A stretch of DNA of 64,000 nt, from NCBI RefSeq assembly GCF_009914755.1, contig NC_060928.1. The stretch is one strand, 5' to 3'. This stretch comes from the human T2T-CHM13v2.0 reference genome, Homo sapiens. Below are positions 1-14,485 of the stretch, piece after piece. Under the pieces are notes generated by a model that was not told the origin of the DNA, searched no databases, and worked only from the letters and a program-made list of their open reading frames with translations. Within the stretch, counting starts at the first letter, position 1. Each line of letters opens with the position of its first letter. Position numbers and translations under genes: made by a program.

Positions 1-124
1 TAGTATTCTAGTCTCGAATGTACCATGGGTTTTTTTTTTTTATCCATTCTTCTGTGAGATATTTGGGAAGTTTCTAGTTTGAGGTTATTACAAATAGTGC
101 TGCTATGAACGTTGTTTTACTTGT

Positions 125-495
125 TGTATTAGTCCGTTTCACGCTGCTGATAAAGATATACCCGAGACCAGGCAATTTACAGAAGAAAGAGGTTTATTGG
201 ACTTACAGTTCCACATGGCTGGGGAGGCCTCACTAATATGGCAGAAAGCAAGAAGGAGCAAGTCACATCTTATGTGGATGGCAGCAGGCAAAGAGAGAGC
301 TTGTGCACAGAAACTCCTGTTTTTAAAACCATCACATCTCATGCGACCCATTCACTATCACGAGGACAGCACAGGAAAGACTCACTCACATGATTCAATC
401 ATCTCCCACCCAGCTCCTCCCACCACACGTGAGAATTATGGGAGTTACAAGATGAGATTGAGATTTGGGTGGGGACACACAGCCAAACCGTATCA
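125..495 (-). mobile_element. THE1-family (ERVL-MaLR) solo LTR inserted in an old L1M fragment
   Basis: Reverse complement matches THE1 LTR (TGATACGGTTTGGCTGTGTGTCCCCACCCAAATCTC...GACTAATACA); TG..CA ends; perfect 5-bp TSD CTTGT at 120-124 and 496-500. Confidence 0.93.
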
Positions 496-679
496 CTTGT
501 ATTTTAGTGAAGATATAGACACATCTGTGTAACGTACATGTGCAGGGTTGAAATTGCTAGTTCGTGGCAGGCAAATGTTTAGCTTTGGTGAATATTGCCA
601 AATCAAAGTGTTTGTTCCACTTTACCTGCTCATCTGTGAGCCAGAGTGTTCCATCAACAGTTTGAGCTGTCTAAGAAGG

Positions 680-835
680 ACCTGAGTTCAATCCCATTCA
701 ATCACATAGTAGCTGTGTCACTTTGGGCAAGCCATGTAACTTCTCTGAGCCTCAGTGCTCAGTGTCCTCATCTGTAAATTGGGCTGATGGTGGTCCTTAC
801 CTCGCAGGGCCGCTTTAAGGACTAAGTGAGATGAA
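680..835 (+). mobile_element. MIR SINE fragment
   Basis: MIR core: tgtgtcactttgggcaagccatgtaacttctctgagcctcagt...cctcatctgtaaattggg. Confidence 0.8.
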
Positions 836-1551
836 AGCTGATACCCCAAGTGACAACACTTCTCCCTCCCTCAGATTCAATAGGATGACATCTTCACTGC
901 CCAATGTGAAGGCCATGGGGAGGACTCGAAGCCCCAGAGTTCCCCTGTCCCAGGAGCATAAGCCTTGGATTTTTGCTTTCAAAAACAACCACCTGTAGGA
1001 TCAGGATGGCTCTCAACTTCCCCAAATCTGTGCTCCCACCCCATGAAGGTGACGTGTTCAGCAGCGGGGAAGGGACTGCATTGTGCCAGCCTCACCCTGC
1101 CCACTGTCTGTCCTCATGACTTGAGCCCAGCTAGTTCCCCAAGCAGAGCAGTGCAGGGTCCTGCCCCGGCCATGGGCTCCAGACATCCGGGCCACCACTA
1201 CCTGTTCCTACCCTGCTGCCTCCATCCCTCAGCCCCTGCTTGCCTCCTTCACAGCTCAGGTTGTCTTAGCTTTTTACCTGTCTCCATGGTCTGTCTCATC
1301 AAGGGGAGAGCAGCACAAGGGAAGGGACTCTGTCAGTCTAGGGATGTGTCTCCAGTGCGTGGGAGAGATTAGCAGCTCAATACACACTTGCCCAGTGTCT
1401 GTGTGCATCTCACTAAGCAGAAGACAGCTTTGGAGATGAGAAGAGACCCTCCTGAGGTGACAGTCCTTAGCTGGCATTTCCCAAGTATTCTCAGCATGAC
1501 AGGTGCTGAGCCGGACCATGGACATAGGAGCTCTGGAAACTGTGGGGTACC

Positions 1552-1582
1552 GGATTACAGGTGTGAACCACCATGCCTGGTC
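1552..1582 (-). mobile_element. Isolated first ~30 bp of an Alu
   Basis: ggattacaggtgtgaaccaccatgcctggtc = reverse complement of Alu 5' end; no Alu body adjoining. Confidence 0.75.
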
Positions 1583-1731
1583 AGAAGTATTCTTTATTTC
1601 TTTTTTAAAATTTGTACTTTCTGAGTTTATGTAACTGGCATGTACTGCTTTTGTAATTAGAAACAGAAAACGTATAGAGAAAATGTGTAGAAAAAAGCAG
1701 AAAACCAAATCACATCTACAATAAAATCCTA

Positions 1732-1927
<196 letters not shown>

Positions 1928-1952
1928 GAAATGCATGAAAACATTAATAGTT

Positions 1953-2070
1953 GGCTGGGTGTGGTGGCTCACACCTGTAATCTCAGCACTTTGGGAGGCT
2001 GAGACAGGTGGGTCACTTGAGGTCAGGAGTTTGAGACCAGCCTGGCCAACATGGTAAAACCCCATCTCTA

Positions 2071-2111
<41 letters not shown>

Positions 2112-2294
2112 CCGGGCATGGTGGTGTGCACCTATAATCTCAGCTACTCGGGAGGCTGGTCCAGAATTGCTTGAACACAGGAAGCGGAGGTTGTGGTGAG
2201 CCAAGATCTCACCACTGCACTCCAGCCTGGGCGACAGAGTGAGACTCCATCCACAAAAAAAACAGAAACAAACAAACAAACAAAACCACAAAAA
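1953..2294 (+). mobile_element. AluS (Sx-like), full length, with expanded A37 linker
   Basis: Both arms present; poly-A 2073-2109 in linker; ttaatagttg repeated on both flanks (TSD). Confidence 0.95.
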
Positions 2295-2597
2295 CCTTTA
2301 ATAGTTGCTGTCTCTGAGGACTGCGGTTATCAGGAGACTTACCTTTTCTGTCTTTCTAGTTTTTTATATGTTCATATCCAGATTTTAATGTATTATACGA
2401 ACCTATTCCTTTAGTAGCCTCCTAAATAGTCTCCCTGCTTCCCTTCCTGCCTGTGATGTACAAAGGCTTCCCATGGCATTGTGCTGGAGAAATTATGCTG
2501 CTCCTAGTAAAAGTCTTCGTTCTCTGTGCCTAGTTAATCTCCACTTACCCATCAGTACTCTACTCAAGGTCTCCCCAACTTCTTTATGGAAGACTTC

Positions 2598-2975
2598 TGT
2601 AGTGGATGCTGTGACCTGCCACCCAGATGTCACTTCAGGACCAGGCCCTCATTCCCCAGCTGCTGGGAGACTTGGAGGCTGATGCTGGCAGATGAGTCTC
2701 ACTCTGGAAATGCCGTGGCTGAAAGAAGCTGCCTGGGGACAGCCTGCATCCATTACCTGGTCCACTGGAGGAGGGAGATGGGGTGGGCAATAAAAGCTCA
2801 GACCCCTCGCCTCAATTCAGTGCAATTTTGAAGGGTCATCTACCATCTAAAACTCCCTGTGGGATTGGCTAAGACCTTTGTTGCAACTCCAGTGCGGTTT
2901 TCTCTGCCTGCCGAGGCCTGCTAGCTTCACCCTCTCACAGGTGCTGGTCTTAAGGGCACTTCCCAAGAAACTTCC
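2598..2975 (+). mobile_element. LTR16A-like ERVL LTR
   Basis: Starts tgtagtggatgctgtg...cccagatg...ttcaggacc...cattccccagctgctggg, resembling LTR16A 5' end; 3' boundary approximate. Confidence 0.7.
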
Positions 2976-3502
2976 TTAGCCAGTAACACCTTCTTGACCT
3001 CCCAGGCTAGGGTAGTTTCCTTTATTATATGCTCTTTCAGAGCACGTATCTCCTTTCTAGGTTTTACATCTATTTCTGTTATCTGGCCAATGTCTGCCTG
3101 TCCCATCAAATGTGATAGCCACAGGGTGGGATCTATATCTGATTTTATTCACCATTGCATTCTTCCATGCGGGCATTTGGTTTAGAAATATTTGTCGAGT
3201 GAACAAACAACATTATTAACCATTTAATCCCTTAGGAGGCCATCAACTTTACTTAGGGCTGCAGAATGTCTCATTCATTCATTCAATAAATATTTACAAA
3301 GAGAAGCTGGATTCCTACCCTTTCAACACCAAAATAACTCCAGATGGTTTAAAGATGCTTATATATAAGAGAATGAAATCAATAACTTTCTAGAATAAAG
3401 ATGAGTAGATTTTAGAAAAAAAATGGAATATTAAGGGTCTTCATAAGCATGACCACATAAAATTCTAAGCCTTTATAAAGCAAAAATAAAAATTAATAAG
3501 CT

Positions 3503-3825
3503 GGCCGGGCATGGTGGCTCATGCCTGTAAAACTAGAACTTTGGGAGACTAAGGTAGGAGGATTGCTTGAGGCCAGGGACTAGCCTGGGCAACATAGTGA
3601 GACTCTGTCTCTACAAAACAAACAAACAAACAAACAAACAAAAATTAGCTGGGCATGGTGGTGTATACCTGTAGTCCTAGCTACTCAGGAAGCTGAGGCA
3701 GGAGGACAGCTTGAGGCCATGAGTTCAAGGCTGCAATGAACCATGATTGATTAGACCTGTAAATAGTCACTGCATTTCAGCCTGGGCAGCATAGAGCCCA
3801 TCTATATTTATATTTGAAAAAATAA
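3503..3825 (+). mobile_element. AluJ
   Basis: Dimeric Alu with J-type ggattgcttgagg / aggctgcaatga; (AAAC)n linker. Confidence 0.9.
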
Positions 3826-3854
3826 TTAAGACAAACAAAGAAAAAGTATTTGCA

Positions 3855-4199
3855 GCTGAGTGCGGTGGCTCCTGTTTGTAATCTCAGCATTTTAGGAGGC
3901 TGAGGTGGGAGGATCGCTTGAACCTAGAAGTTTGAGAACAGCCTAGCAACATAGTGAGACCCCGTATCTACAAAAAATGCAAAAATTAGCTGGGTGTAGT
4001 GATGTGTGCTTGTAGTACCAGGTGTACTCAGGAGGATGAGGAGAGAGAATTGCTTGAGCCTGGAGGTCTGGGATACAATGAGCTGTGATGACACCACTGC
4101 ACTCCAGCCTAGGTGACAGATCAAGACCCAGTTTCTAAAAAAAAAAAAAAAAAAAGAAAAGAAAGAGAAAGAAAGTAAAAAAAAATTTAAATAAAAAAC
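3855..4199 (+). mobile_element. AluJ
   Basis: Dimeric Alu with A-rich tail; TSD agtatttgca at 3845-3854 and 4200-4209. Confidence 0.92.
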
Positions 4200-4626
4200 A
4201 GTATTTGCAATACTTACATAAGACAGCTAATATACCAAGAACCCTTACAAATCAAAAGGTTAAAAAGCCTACATAAAAATGGGCAAAGAATGTGAAAAAC
4301 TATTAGAAACCTTATTTATATTCTAGGAAATTCAAATTAAAACAATAATACAATATCTTTTTTTCTATAAAATTGACTGAGTTGAATGATTGACAATATC
4401 CAGTCTTGACAAGAGCGTAGATAAACTAGGAATTTAATTCACACTTGTTGGAAAAATTGTCCTGAACTCTTTGGAGTGCAGTTTGGCAATATCTATTAAA
4501 TTAAAAGCATTCACCATTTTTTTAACCTCACAACTCTACTTCTAAGAATGTATTTGTCTAAGAGCATGCGTTTGTACAGATTGTACAAAGTAGAGCATTG
4601 CCACATTTATAATTACAAAGAAAAAA

Positions 4627-4875
4627 GCCTAGGCAACATAGTGAGATCTTGTCTTTACAAAAACTTTAGCATGGTGGTGCTCACCTGTGATCTCTGCTAC
4701 TCAGGAGGTTGAAGAGAGAGGATCACTTGGGCCAGGGAGGTTGAAGCTGCAGTGATCTGTGATCACACCACTGCACTACAGCCTGGGTGATAGGAGGAAG
4801 GATCACTTGGGCCAGGGAGGTTGAAGTTGTAATGAACTGTGATCACACCACTGCACCACAGCCTGGGAGACAGAG
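4627..4875 (+). mobile_element. Partial AluJ with 80-bp internal tandem duplication
   Basis: gatcacttgggccagggaggttgaag...gatcacaccactgcac..cagcctggg occurs at 4721 and 4801. Confidence 0.88.
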
Positions 4876-5076
4876 GGAGAGGGAGAGGCAGAGAGAGAGG
4901 GAGAGGGGGAGAGGGAAAGAGAGAGAGAGAGAGAGACAGAGAGACAGAGAGAGAGAGAGAGAGGGAGAGACAGAGAGAGAAAGAGGAAGGAGGGAAGGAA
5001 GGAAGGAGGGAGGGAGGGAGGGAAGGAGGGAAGGAAGAAAGAGAAGAAAGAAGAAAGAAAGAAAAAGAGAGAGAGG
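4871..5076 (+). repeat. Compound purine-rich microsatellite (GA)n/(GGAA)n/(GAAA)n
   Basis: ~200 bp almost exclusively A/G, replacing the Alu tail. Confidence 0.95.
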
Positions 5077-5839
5077 AATGCTTCATTAATGCAGATTGCT
5101 TAAGTACATTGTGATTAATTCATACAATCAAACTCTAATAAACATCTGTCTTAAAGAATGAGGCACCTCTCTGCGTACTGAAATGTACTGTATGTACATT
5201 TGTACTGAAATATAAGGAAGTGTGTACTCTCTATGTACATGAAAAGAGTCCGTCATGTATTAAGAGGAAAAAGCATGTGGTAAATGAGGTTATTTCCCAT
5301 TTTGGATGCATGGAGGAAAATATGGTGTGAATGTGTGTGAGAGAGAGTGCATTAGATTAGGCACAGAAAACACATCTGCAGACACATAGCACAAATGCTT
5401 ACTAATGGAGAGTTGGGGGTGATGGGCAGCTTCTACCCTCTCTGTCATGTGCTTCCTTGTGTTTGATTTACTAATAATGAGTTCACATGACTTTTGTAAT
5501 CCTAGAGAGAGGACAGCACATACGAAGGTCTGAAGCAATAGGATACATTTAGGGAAATGCTAAAATTGGTCCAAAAAGGATGGCAGGAAGAGATGATATT
5601 GAAGAGGAAGGCGGCAGGCAGGTGGCCCAGGTGAGCCCACGCTGTGCCGAGGAGTGCGGGGTTCATCCCGGGGCAGCAGGTTTTCTTTGTCCTCACTGGC
5701 AGCTCCTCTCAGTTTCTGAGGCTGCCTCCTCGTTTTCTGCCCACATCAGAGTGTGGGAATTTCTAATCTAATCCCTCGGGAGGCCATCAACTTTACTCAG
5801 GGCTGAAGAATGTCTTATTCACTCAATAAATATTTACAA

Positions 5840-6157
<318 letters not shown>

Positions 6158-6189
6158 AAATATTTACAAAGAGAAACTGGATTTCTACA

Positions 6190-6925
6190 GATTCAATCCT
6201 GCTGAAAGTCAGTCCTACTTCCTCATCTCTTCTTCGTCTACACTGTCTCCTTCTGTGATATCATCCATATTCCTGGCTGTAAAAAACATCTTTGTGTGCC
6301 CACTCCCATGTCCTCTCTCCTGCTTGATTTCCCTCTGAGCACAGACTCAGGGATGTAATTTTCTCCTTGGCACCTTCATCTGATAGTCATCTCACATGAA
6401 AAAATTAACTTTGGCTTTTAGCCACCCCACCAACTTGCTCCTCTTCTGACCTTCATCTCAGTAAACAATGCCACCATCCACCCACTTGCCAGGAACAGAC
6501 ACCTATGGAGTCTTCTTTATCTTTACTTTCATTTCTGTGACAAAGACTAGCTCTATTGCCCAGGCTGGAAGGCAACCTCCACCTCCTGGGTTCAAGCAAG
6601 TCTCCTGCCTCAGCCTCCCTTGTAGCTGGAATTACAGGAGTGTGCCACCACGCCCACTTAATTTTTATATTTAGTAGAGACGAGGTTTTACCATACTGGC
6701 CAGGCTGTTCTCAAACCTCCAGCCTCAAGAGTACTCAGCCTCCCAAAGTGCTGGGATTACAGGCGTGAGCCACCATGCCTGGTCTTAAGGAGTCTTCTTG
6801 ATGCCTCTCTTTTCTTTCCTGCATCCCCCTCTGCCTTCTAATCCATTATCAAGGTTGGCCTGTTTTATATCCAAAATAGACCTCAACTTGTCCACTTGTC
6901 CCCATCACTCTTGCCACCCCTAGTC
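6190..6925 (+). mobile_element. L2 LINE fragments (split by an Alu)
   Basis: L2-like motifs: catctcagtaaacaatgccaccatccaccca, ggagtcttcttgatgcctctct, ttgccacccctagtcca. Confidence 0.6.
6518..6784 (-). mobile_element. AluS with small internal deletions
   Basis: Reverse-strand Alu; lacks ~25 bp after caggctgga; ggagtcttctt on both flanks. Confidence 0.9.
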
Positions 6926-7060
6926 CAAAGTGCAGAAATAAACACAGAGCACTCAAATGAGAACAAACAAAGTCAGTTATTCAGTTTGCTATAAAAGGGA
7001 GGTGGCCACCATCACCTGCATTCGGCAGAGCTTCAAAGGAAGGGCAAGGGCTGGGAATGC

Positions 7061-7390
7061 TTTCTTCCTTTCTTTTTCTTTCTTTCTTTTTTTTTTTTTT
7101 TTCTTGACCAAGTCTGGCTCTGTTGCTCAGGCTGAAGTGCAGTGGCGCAAACACTGCTCACTGCAACCTCTGCCTGTTTCCCAGCCTCAAGCCATCCTCC
7201 TACCTCAGCCTCTTGAGTAGCTGAGACTGCAGGCATGAACCACCATGCCCAGCTAATTTTGTTTATATTTTATAGAGATGAGATTTCACAATGTTGCCCA
7301 GGCTGATCTCAAACTCCTGGGTTCAAGTGATCTGCCTGCCTCAGCCTTCCAAAGTACTGAGTTCACAGGCATGAGCCACTGCACCCAGCC
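7061..7390 (-). mobile_element. AluJ
   Basis: T-rich tail then reverse Alu ending gagccactgcacccagcc. Confidence 0.92.
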
Positions 7391-7691
7391 TCTTTTCACT
7401 TTCTTTTTTTTTTTTTTTTAATTATGATTATACTTTAAGTTCTGGGTACATGTGCACAACGTGCAGCTTTGATACATAGGTTTACATGTGCCATGTTGGT
7501 TTGCTGCACCCATCAACTCATCATTTACATTAGGTATTTCTCCTAATGCTATCTCTCCCCCAGCCCCCAACCCCCGGACAGGCCCCAGTGTGGTGTGTGA
7601 TGTTCCCTGCCCTGTGTCCAAGTGATATTATTGTTCAATTCCCACCTGTGAGTGAGAACATGCGGTGCTTGGTTTTCTGTCCTTGTGATAG

Positions 7692-8103
<412 letters not shown>

Positions 8104-8871
8104 CACATTTTCTTAATGCAGTCTATCATTGATGGACATTTCGGTTGGTTCCAAGTCTTTGCTATTGTGAATAGTGCCACAATAAACATATGTGTTCATG
8201 TGTCTTTATAGTAGCATGATTTATAATCCTTTGGGTATATACCCAGTAATGAGATTGCTGGGTCAAATGGTAATTCTAGTTCTAGATCCTTGAGGAATCG
8301 CCACACTGTCTTCCACAATGGTTGAACTAATTTACACTCCCACCAACAGTGTAAAAGTGTTCCTATTTCTCCACATCTTCTCCAGCATCTGTTGTTTCCT
8401 GACTTTTTAATGACCGCCATTCTAACTGGTGTGAGATGGTATCTCATTGTGGTTTTGATTTGCATTTCTCTGATGACCAGTGATGATGAGCATTTTTTCA
8501 TGTGTCTGTTGGCTACATAGATGTCTTCTTTTGGGAAGTGTCTGTACATATCCTTTGCCCACTTTTTGATGGGGTTGTTTGTTTTTTCTTGTAAATTTGA
8601 GTTCTTTGTAGATTCTGGATATTAGCCCTTTGACAGATGGGTAGATTGCAAAAATTTTCTCCCATTCTGTAGGTTGCCTGTTCACTTTGATGGTAGTTTC
8701 TTTTGCCATGCAGAAGCTCTTTAGTTTAATAAGATCCCATTTGTCTATTTTGGCTTTTGTTGCCATTGCTTTTGGTGTCTTAGACCTGAAGTCTTTGCCC
8801 ATGCCTATGTCCTGAATGCTATTGCCTAGGTTTTCTTCTGGGGTTTTTATGGTTTCAGGTCTAACATTTAA

Positions 8872-9193
<322 letters not shown>

Positions 9194-9670
9194 CTTTTAT
9201 CCATCTTGAATTAATTTTTGTATAAGGTGTAAGGAAGGGATCCAGTTTCAGCTTTCTACATATGGCTAGCCAGTTTTTCCAGCACCATATATTAAATAGG
9301 GAATCCTTTTCCCATTTCTTGTTTTTGTCAGATTTGTCAAATATCAGATGGTTGTAGATGTGTGTTGTTATTTCTGAGGCCTCTGTTCTGTTCCATTGGT
9401 CTATATCTCTGTTTTGGTACCAGTACCATGCTGTTTTGGTTACTGTAGCCTTGTAGTATAGTTTGAAGTCAGGTAGCATGAAGCCTCCAGCTTTATTCTT
9501 CTTGCGTAGGATTGTCTTGGCAATGCAGGCTCTTTTTTGGTTCCATATGAACTTTAAAGTAGTTTTTTCGAATTCTGTGAAGAAAGTCATTGGTAGCTTG
9601 ATGGAGATGGCATTGAATCTATTAATTACTTTGGACAGTATGGCCATTTTCATGATATGGAGTCTTCCTA

Positions 9671-9937
<267 letters not shown>

Positions 9938-10794
9938 TTAGGCTGAGACAATGGGGTTTTCTAAATATACAATCACATCATCTGCAAACAGGGACAATTT
10001 GACTTCCTCATGGTGTCTTTGGAAGTGCAAAAGTTCTGAATTTTGAAGAAGTCTAATTTATCAATTTTATTGTATTCTATCTATCTATAGATCTATACAT
10101 ACACACAGTTCTGATTTGCCATGGTTCGACTTAACAACATGAGGTTAGGAGGGGAGTGAGGACATGAGTGTGTGGTAGTGAAAAAGGTGATACTGAAAGT
10201 GGATTGGAGGCTCTGATAAAGCCTGGTGTGGAGGGGAAGCTAGAGCCCATGATAAATGAGTTGAGATGATTGGAAGATGAGTGCAAGAAACTGCAACTGA
10301 GGGAGCACAGGGTGTACCCTGTTGGCGACAGACGGGCATGGGTTTTGAAAGTGGAGGAAGACAAATGGCTCAGAAGGTAACTGAATGAAAAGAGGGTACC
10401 CACATCCCCTCCTGGCCTTCCCAGGATGTTTCTCCCCTACATCTCTCAGAGCCGTTCTATCTATTGCCAGGTTGCCTGAAAAAGCCCATGACAACTTTGG
10501 TGGCTTCAGTTTTAAGGCTGATCAGACCATTTTTGGACTTTGTTCCTCCTTACAGCCTGGTCCACAGCCTGGTTCTGACTGCACTGCACAGGTGGTAGTG
10601 ATGTGTCTTCTGGAACAAGCACCTATGGGCCACACGGGAGTCTTGTCCCTAGAGAGAAGCCTTGGTTTCTTCTCCTGTAAAATGCATTCCATCATTTGTC
10701 TATTCAAACATGTGTGAAACATCGCTGTGTGACAGGCCTATTTTCTTTCTTTTCCTTACATTTCTCAGCCACCCTGAGGGAGAAGAATTATCAT

Positions 10795-10881
10795 TTTTTA
10801 TTTATTTTTACTTTTTATTTTGTAGGGATGGGGTCTCACTATGTTGCCCAGGCTGGTCTTGAACTCCTGGGCTCAAGCAAT
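10795..10881 (-). mobile_element. Alu left-monomer fragment (FLAM-like), followed by a MIR fragment to ~10985
   Basis: ggggtctcactatgttgcccaggctggtcttgaactcctgggctcaagc; then catttttacagatgaggaaa...gctcagagag. Confidence 0.8.
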
Positions 10882-11269
10882 GTGGAGACGGATTATTACA
10901 CTCATTTTTACAGATGAGGAAATAAAAGCTCAGAGAGCTGAAAACCTTTGCCGAGGTCATATAGGGTCTATCTGAGTCCAGGGAGACTCACCATCCAGTT
11001 AGGGAAAGAATCAGGTAGGGAAAGAATAAAAAGTAAGTTGGTGTACAGAATTGTATAGGAATATGGAAGTTAGAAAGATTACTCCTGTTGTGGGAGAGGT
11101 GGTGTTGTGCATGTGTGTTAGGCCCCCAGGATGAGTAGAAATTTACATGGGGAGATGGAGAGGAAGGACCGCAGGCAGAAGTGATAGCCTGAGCAAAGAC
11201 ACCACTACATGAAACTCCATGGTGTAACAAAGATTGTTGAGTTAAAGGCAGAGACAAGATTGTCTATAA

Positions 11270-11420
11270 GCCTGGGGTTCATGGACAGCCTCAAGGGGGG
11301 CCCACAAACCTCCAGACGTTTTAACATAATTGTGGATGTCTATTTTTTTTTCTGGAGAGAGGCTTTTTATTTTCATCAGATTCTTAAAACTGGGATATTC
11401 ACTCAAAACAGCCTTGAGTA
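11270..11420. mobile_element. MER103C-like hAT-Charlie fragment
   Basis: ctggggttcatggac...tttttctggagagagg...tttcatcagattctt resembles MER103C. Confidence 0.55.
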
Positions 11421-12240
11421 GCAGATAAACTTGGAGACATCATCAGGGCCCTGGAATGCAGGACCTTGTACCCCGATTCAGGAATTCATACTTCACTCTG
11501 AGGTTGACAGGGAACCCATGGGTTTTCTAGCTGGGAGCAACATGGAATGGGCCTTAGGAAGACAACACAGGGTTACTGTGAGCTGAAATAGATGGAAAGT
11601 CCTTTTATAGACTATAACATGATGTGCTATTTACTGCCGTATTCCCAGTAGGGCACAGTGCTGAGGACATATTGGAGGTTCAGTAGATGTTTGTTGAATG
11701 AATGAAGAAGTAAATGAATGAATGAGCACAGGTGCATGTAATAACAATAAAAAGAGTGTATCTCTCCAGGGCAACTTCGTGCATTTCTTGACCGATTTAA
11801 TTGAAGGTGAAATCCATGAACCCCAAGCTCCCCCTGCACGGCTTCAGGCTCTAATAGAAATCCACTGAGTCCTGAGATGATGCTAGGTGTACGGAGGGGT
11901 AAGGGAGAGTGGATTTGGTACCTGAGGGTGTGGCCACACCGGGCTGCAGGGTAGGGCTCTTCCCGCAGTGCCCTGCAGTGTCTTTGGAGGAGTGGAGGCT
12001 ACACTGCCAGGATGGCCGGATCTCTTCCTTTTCCATTGCTTGTCCTGTTGACTCTGTCTCCAAAACATGACCTCTGTCCCCTCCATTTCCTCCATCTCCT
12101 CCACTCCCACCTGGTTCCTGCTCTCCCACCTGGCCTGGGCCACCACACCATCTCAAAACCAGAGTGCTGGCTCTGCCCTTGTATCTCTACCATCTGCTCT
12201 TCATGTGGCAGCCTGAGGGATCTTTAAAACTCTCCACCTG

Positions 12241-12562
<322 letters not shown>

Positions 12563-12639
12563 GCAACTCCCCATCTCCAAAGAATGTGGCTTTCTTTCCA
12601 TGAACTTAAGAGTACTGTGCTTCCAAAAATTTAATATAT

Positions 12640-12770
12640 TTTCAGAGTCATGTGGGAATTTTGCTTAGATGAAGTTTGTGATTCAGTTGATCTGGGGTTG
12701 GGCTCAAGACTGCATTTCCAACAAGCTCCCAGGCAATGCAGTTGCTGCTGCTCTTGGACCACATTAGGAG
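12640..12770. mobile_element. MER5A-like hAT fragment
   Basis: tctggggttgggctcaagactgcatttccaacaagctcccagg...gctgctg...ggaccacat. Confidence 0.6.
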
Positions 12771-14071
12771 TAACAAAGACTTAGAAAGAAATGCAAACTT
12801 CCTTCCCATGTCCTACTTTATCTGGCCTTTGCCCAGCTCTCCCACATCATGTCCAGCCCTTGCTCCTCTCCCTCATCTTGCTGTGGCTCCCCTGGCCTTC
12901 ATTCTGTTTCTGGAGTGTGCCAAGCTGCTCCTGCCTCAGGGCCTTTGCACACGATGTTCCCACTGCTCCAAATGCTCCTTTCCTGGAACATTCCACATGG
13001 CTTGCTTTTCTTTATTTACGTCTTAGTTCAATGGTCAGATAATAATTCTCAGACCACTTCACCTAGTGAAGTACCTTAGCTCTCAGAGACTCTCAGCTAT
13101 TTGTTTTTTTTCCCCTCTTCATAGCACTTATCATTCTCAGTTTATTTTGGTAATCTATTGGTCGACTTTACTTTCCCGTCCTCCCTCCTCAACCAAGTAT
13201 GTTCCACATGGATAAGGACTCAGTTTCCTTCAGTCTGAGCCTATCCCACAGCCTGGCACAGAGTAAGCTTTTCATGTTCCTCGGGCCTGTGCACGAAAAT
13301 GCTCCCACCACTGCTGTTGGTGTTTGGATGCACACAAGCTGGAAATACTAACGGAAGTGCCTGAGGCAGAGGGGAGGAAGGAGGGAATAAGCAGACTTTC
13401 TCTACTGGAGTGCCTCAGAAACAGCCTCAAGAACCTGGAGATGATGTTGAAACCAAGAATCAACACATAATAGATGAATTCATCTAACTAGAAGAGATTC
13501 ATTCTAGGTGGAAGGTGGAGAACAAAGTAACACATAGCTCAACGAGTTAATAAGCATTTGGAACAGTGTAAGTAAATACATAGTAAGTATTTATCGAATA
13601 AATAAATAAATATGCTGAGTGCTTATTTTATGATGATCACTTTGTATTATATAATCTGTTCATCCTCATAAAACATTATCACCATCTTGCACATAAGAAG
13701 CTGTGCTACCAGATTAGGAGATTTGCCCAAGGCCATATAAAACTTGCCCAAGTTCATAGAGCAATTCAGAGACAGAGCTGACAACCCCACTCTCTAAAAT
13801 AGCTCCATTCAAAGTTGTAAAGGCCATATTCCCTGTCTCCCTTCTCTTCAATGACATGCCACTTGATAGCACTTGATACACTGTGCATTCTGTTTATCTA
13901 TTTGTCTGTTTTCTCTCACCACAATATAAATTCTCTAAGGGTAAGAAGCTTTATTTAGTTCACTACTCTTTTCCAGAGCCTAGAATAGGGCCTGCCATGT
14001 AAACGGCACTTAATGAATGCTTACTGAGTGTTAAAAGGATGAATGAAGGGATTATTTAAGAATCCTTATTT

Positions 14072-14408
<337 letters not shown>

Positions 14409-14485
14409 TCACTCAAATCCAGGCAAGTAGCTTTTAATTAATTGAACCAGGATTGGACCCAGAGCCAGCGTTCTTAACTAACCCC

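Larger units (their letters stand above)
3300..5285 (+). mobile_element. Old L1M 3' ORF2/3'UTR remnant fragmented by three Alus
   Basis: Degenerate L1 motifs: ctggattcctaccc...aactccagatgg, gtatttgcaa, aaaaatgggcaaaga, gtttggcaatatct, taaagaatgagg. Confidence 0.7.

Noticed and set aside
965-1372. 135-aa ORF in GC-richer unique-looking DNA
   Set aside because: Starts at a non-ATG codon, Pro/Ser/Cys-rich with no recognisable domain and no convincing splice context
4763-5114. Arg/Glu-rich and Ser/Leu-rich ORFs (also 53826-54262)
   Set aside because: Translations of purine microsatellites
6930-7060. Possible LTR fragment
   Set aside because: LTR-like wording but too short and truncated to assign a family or ends
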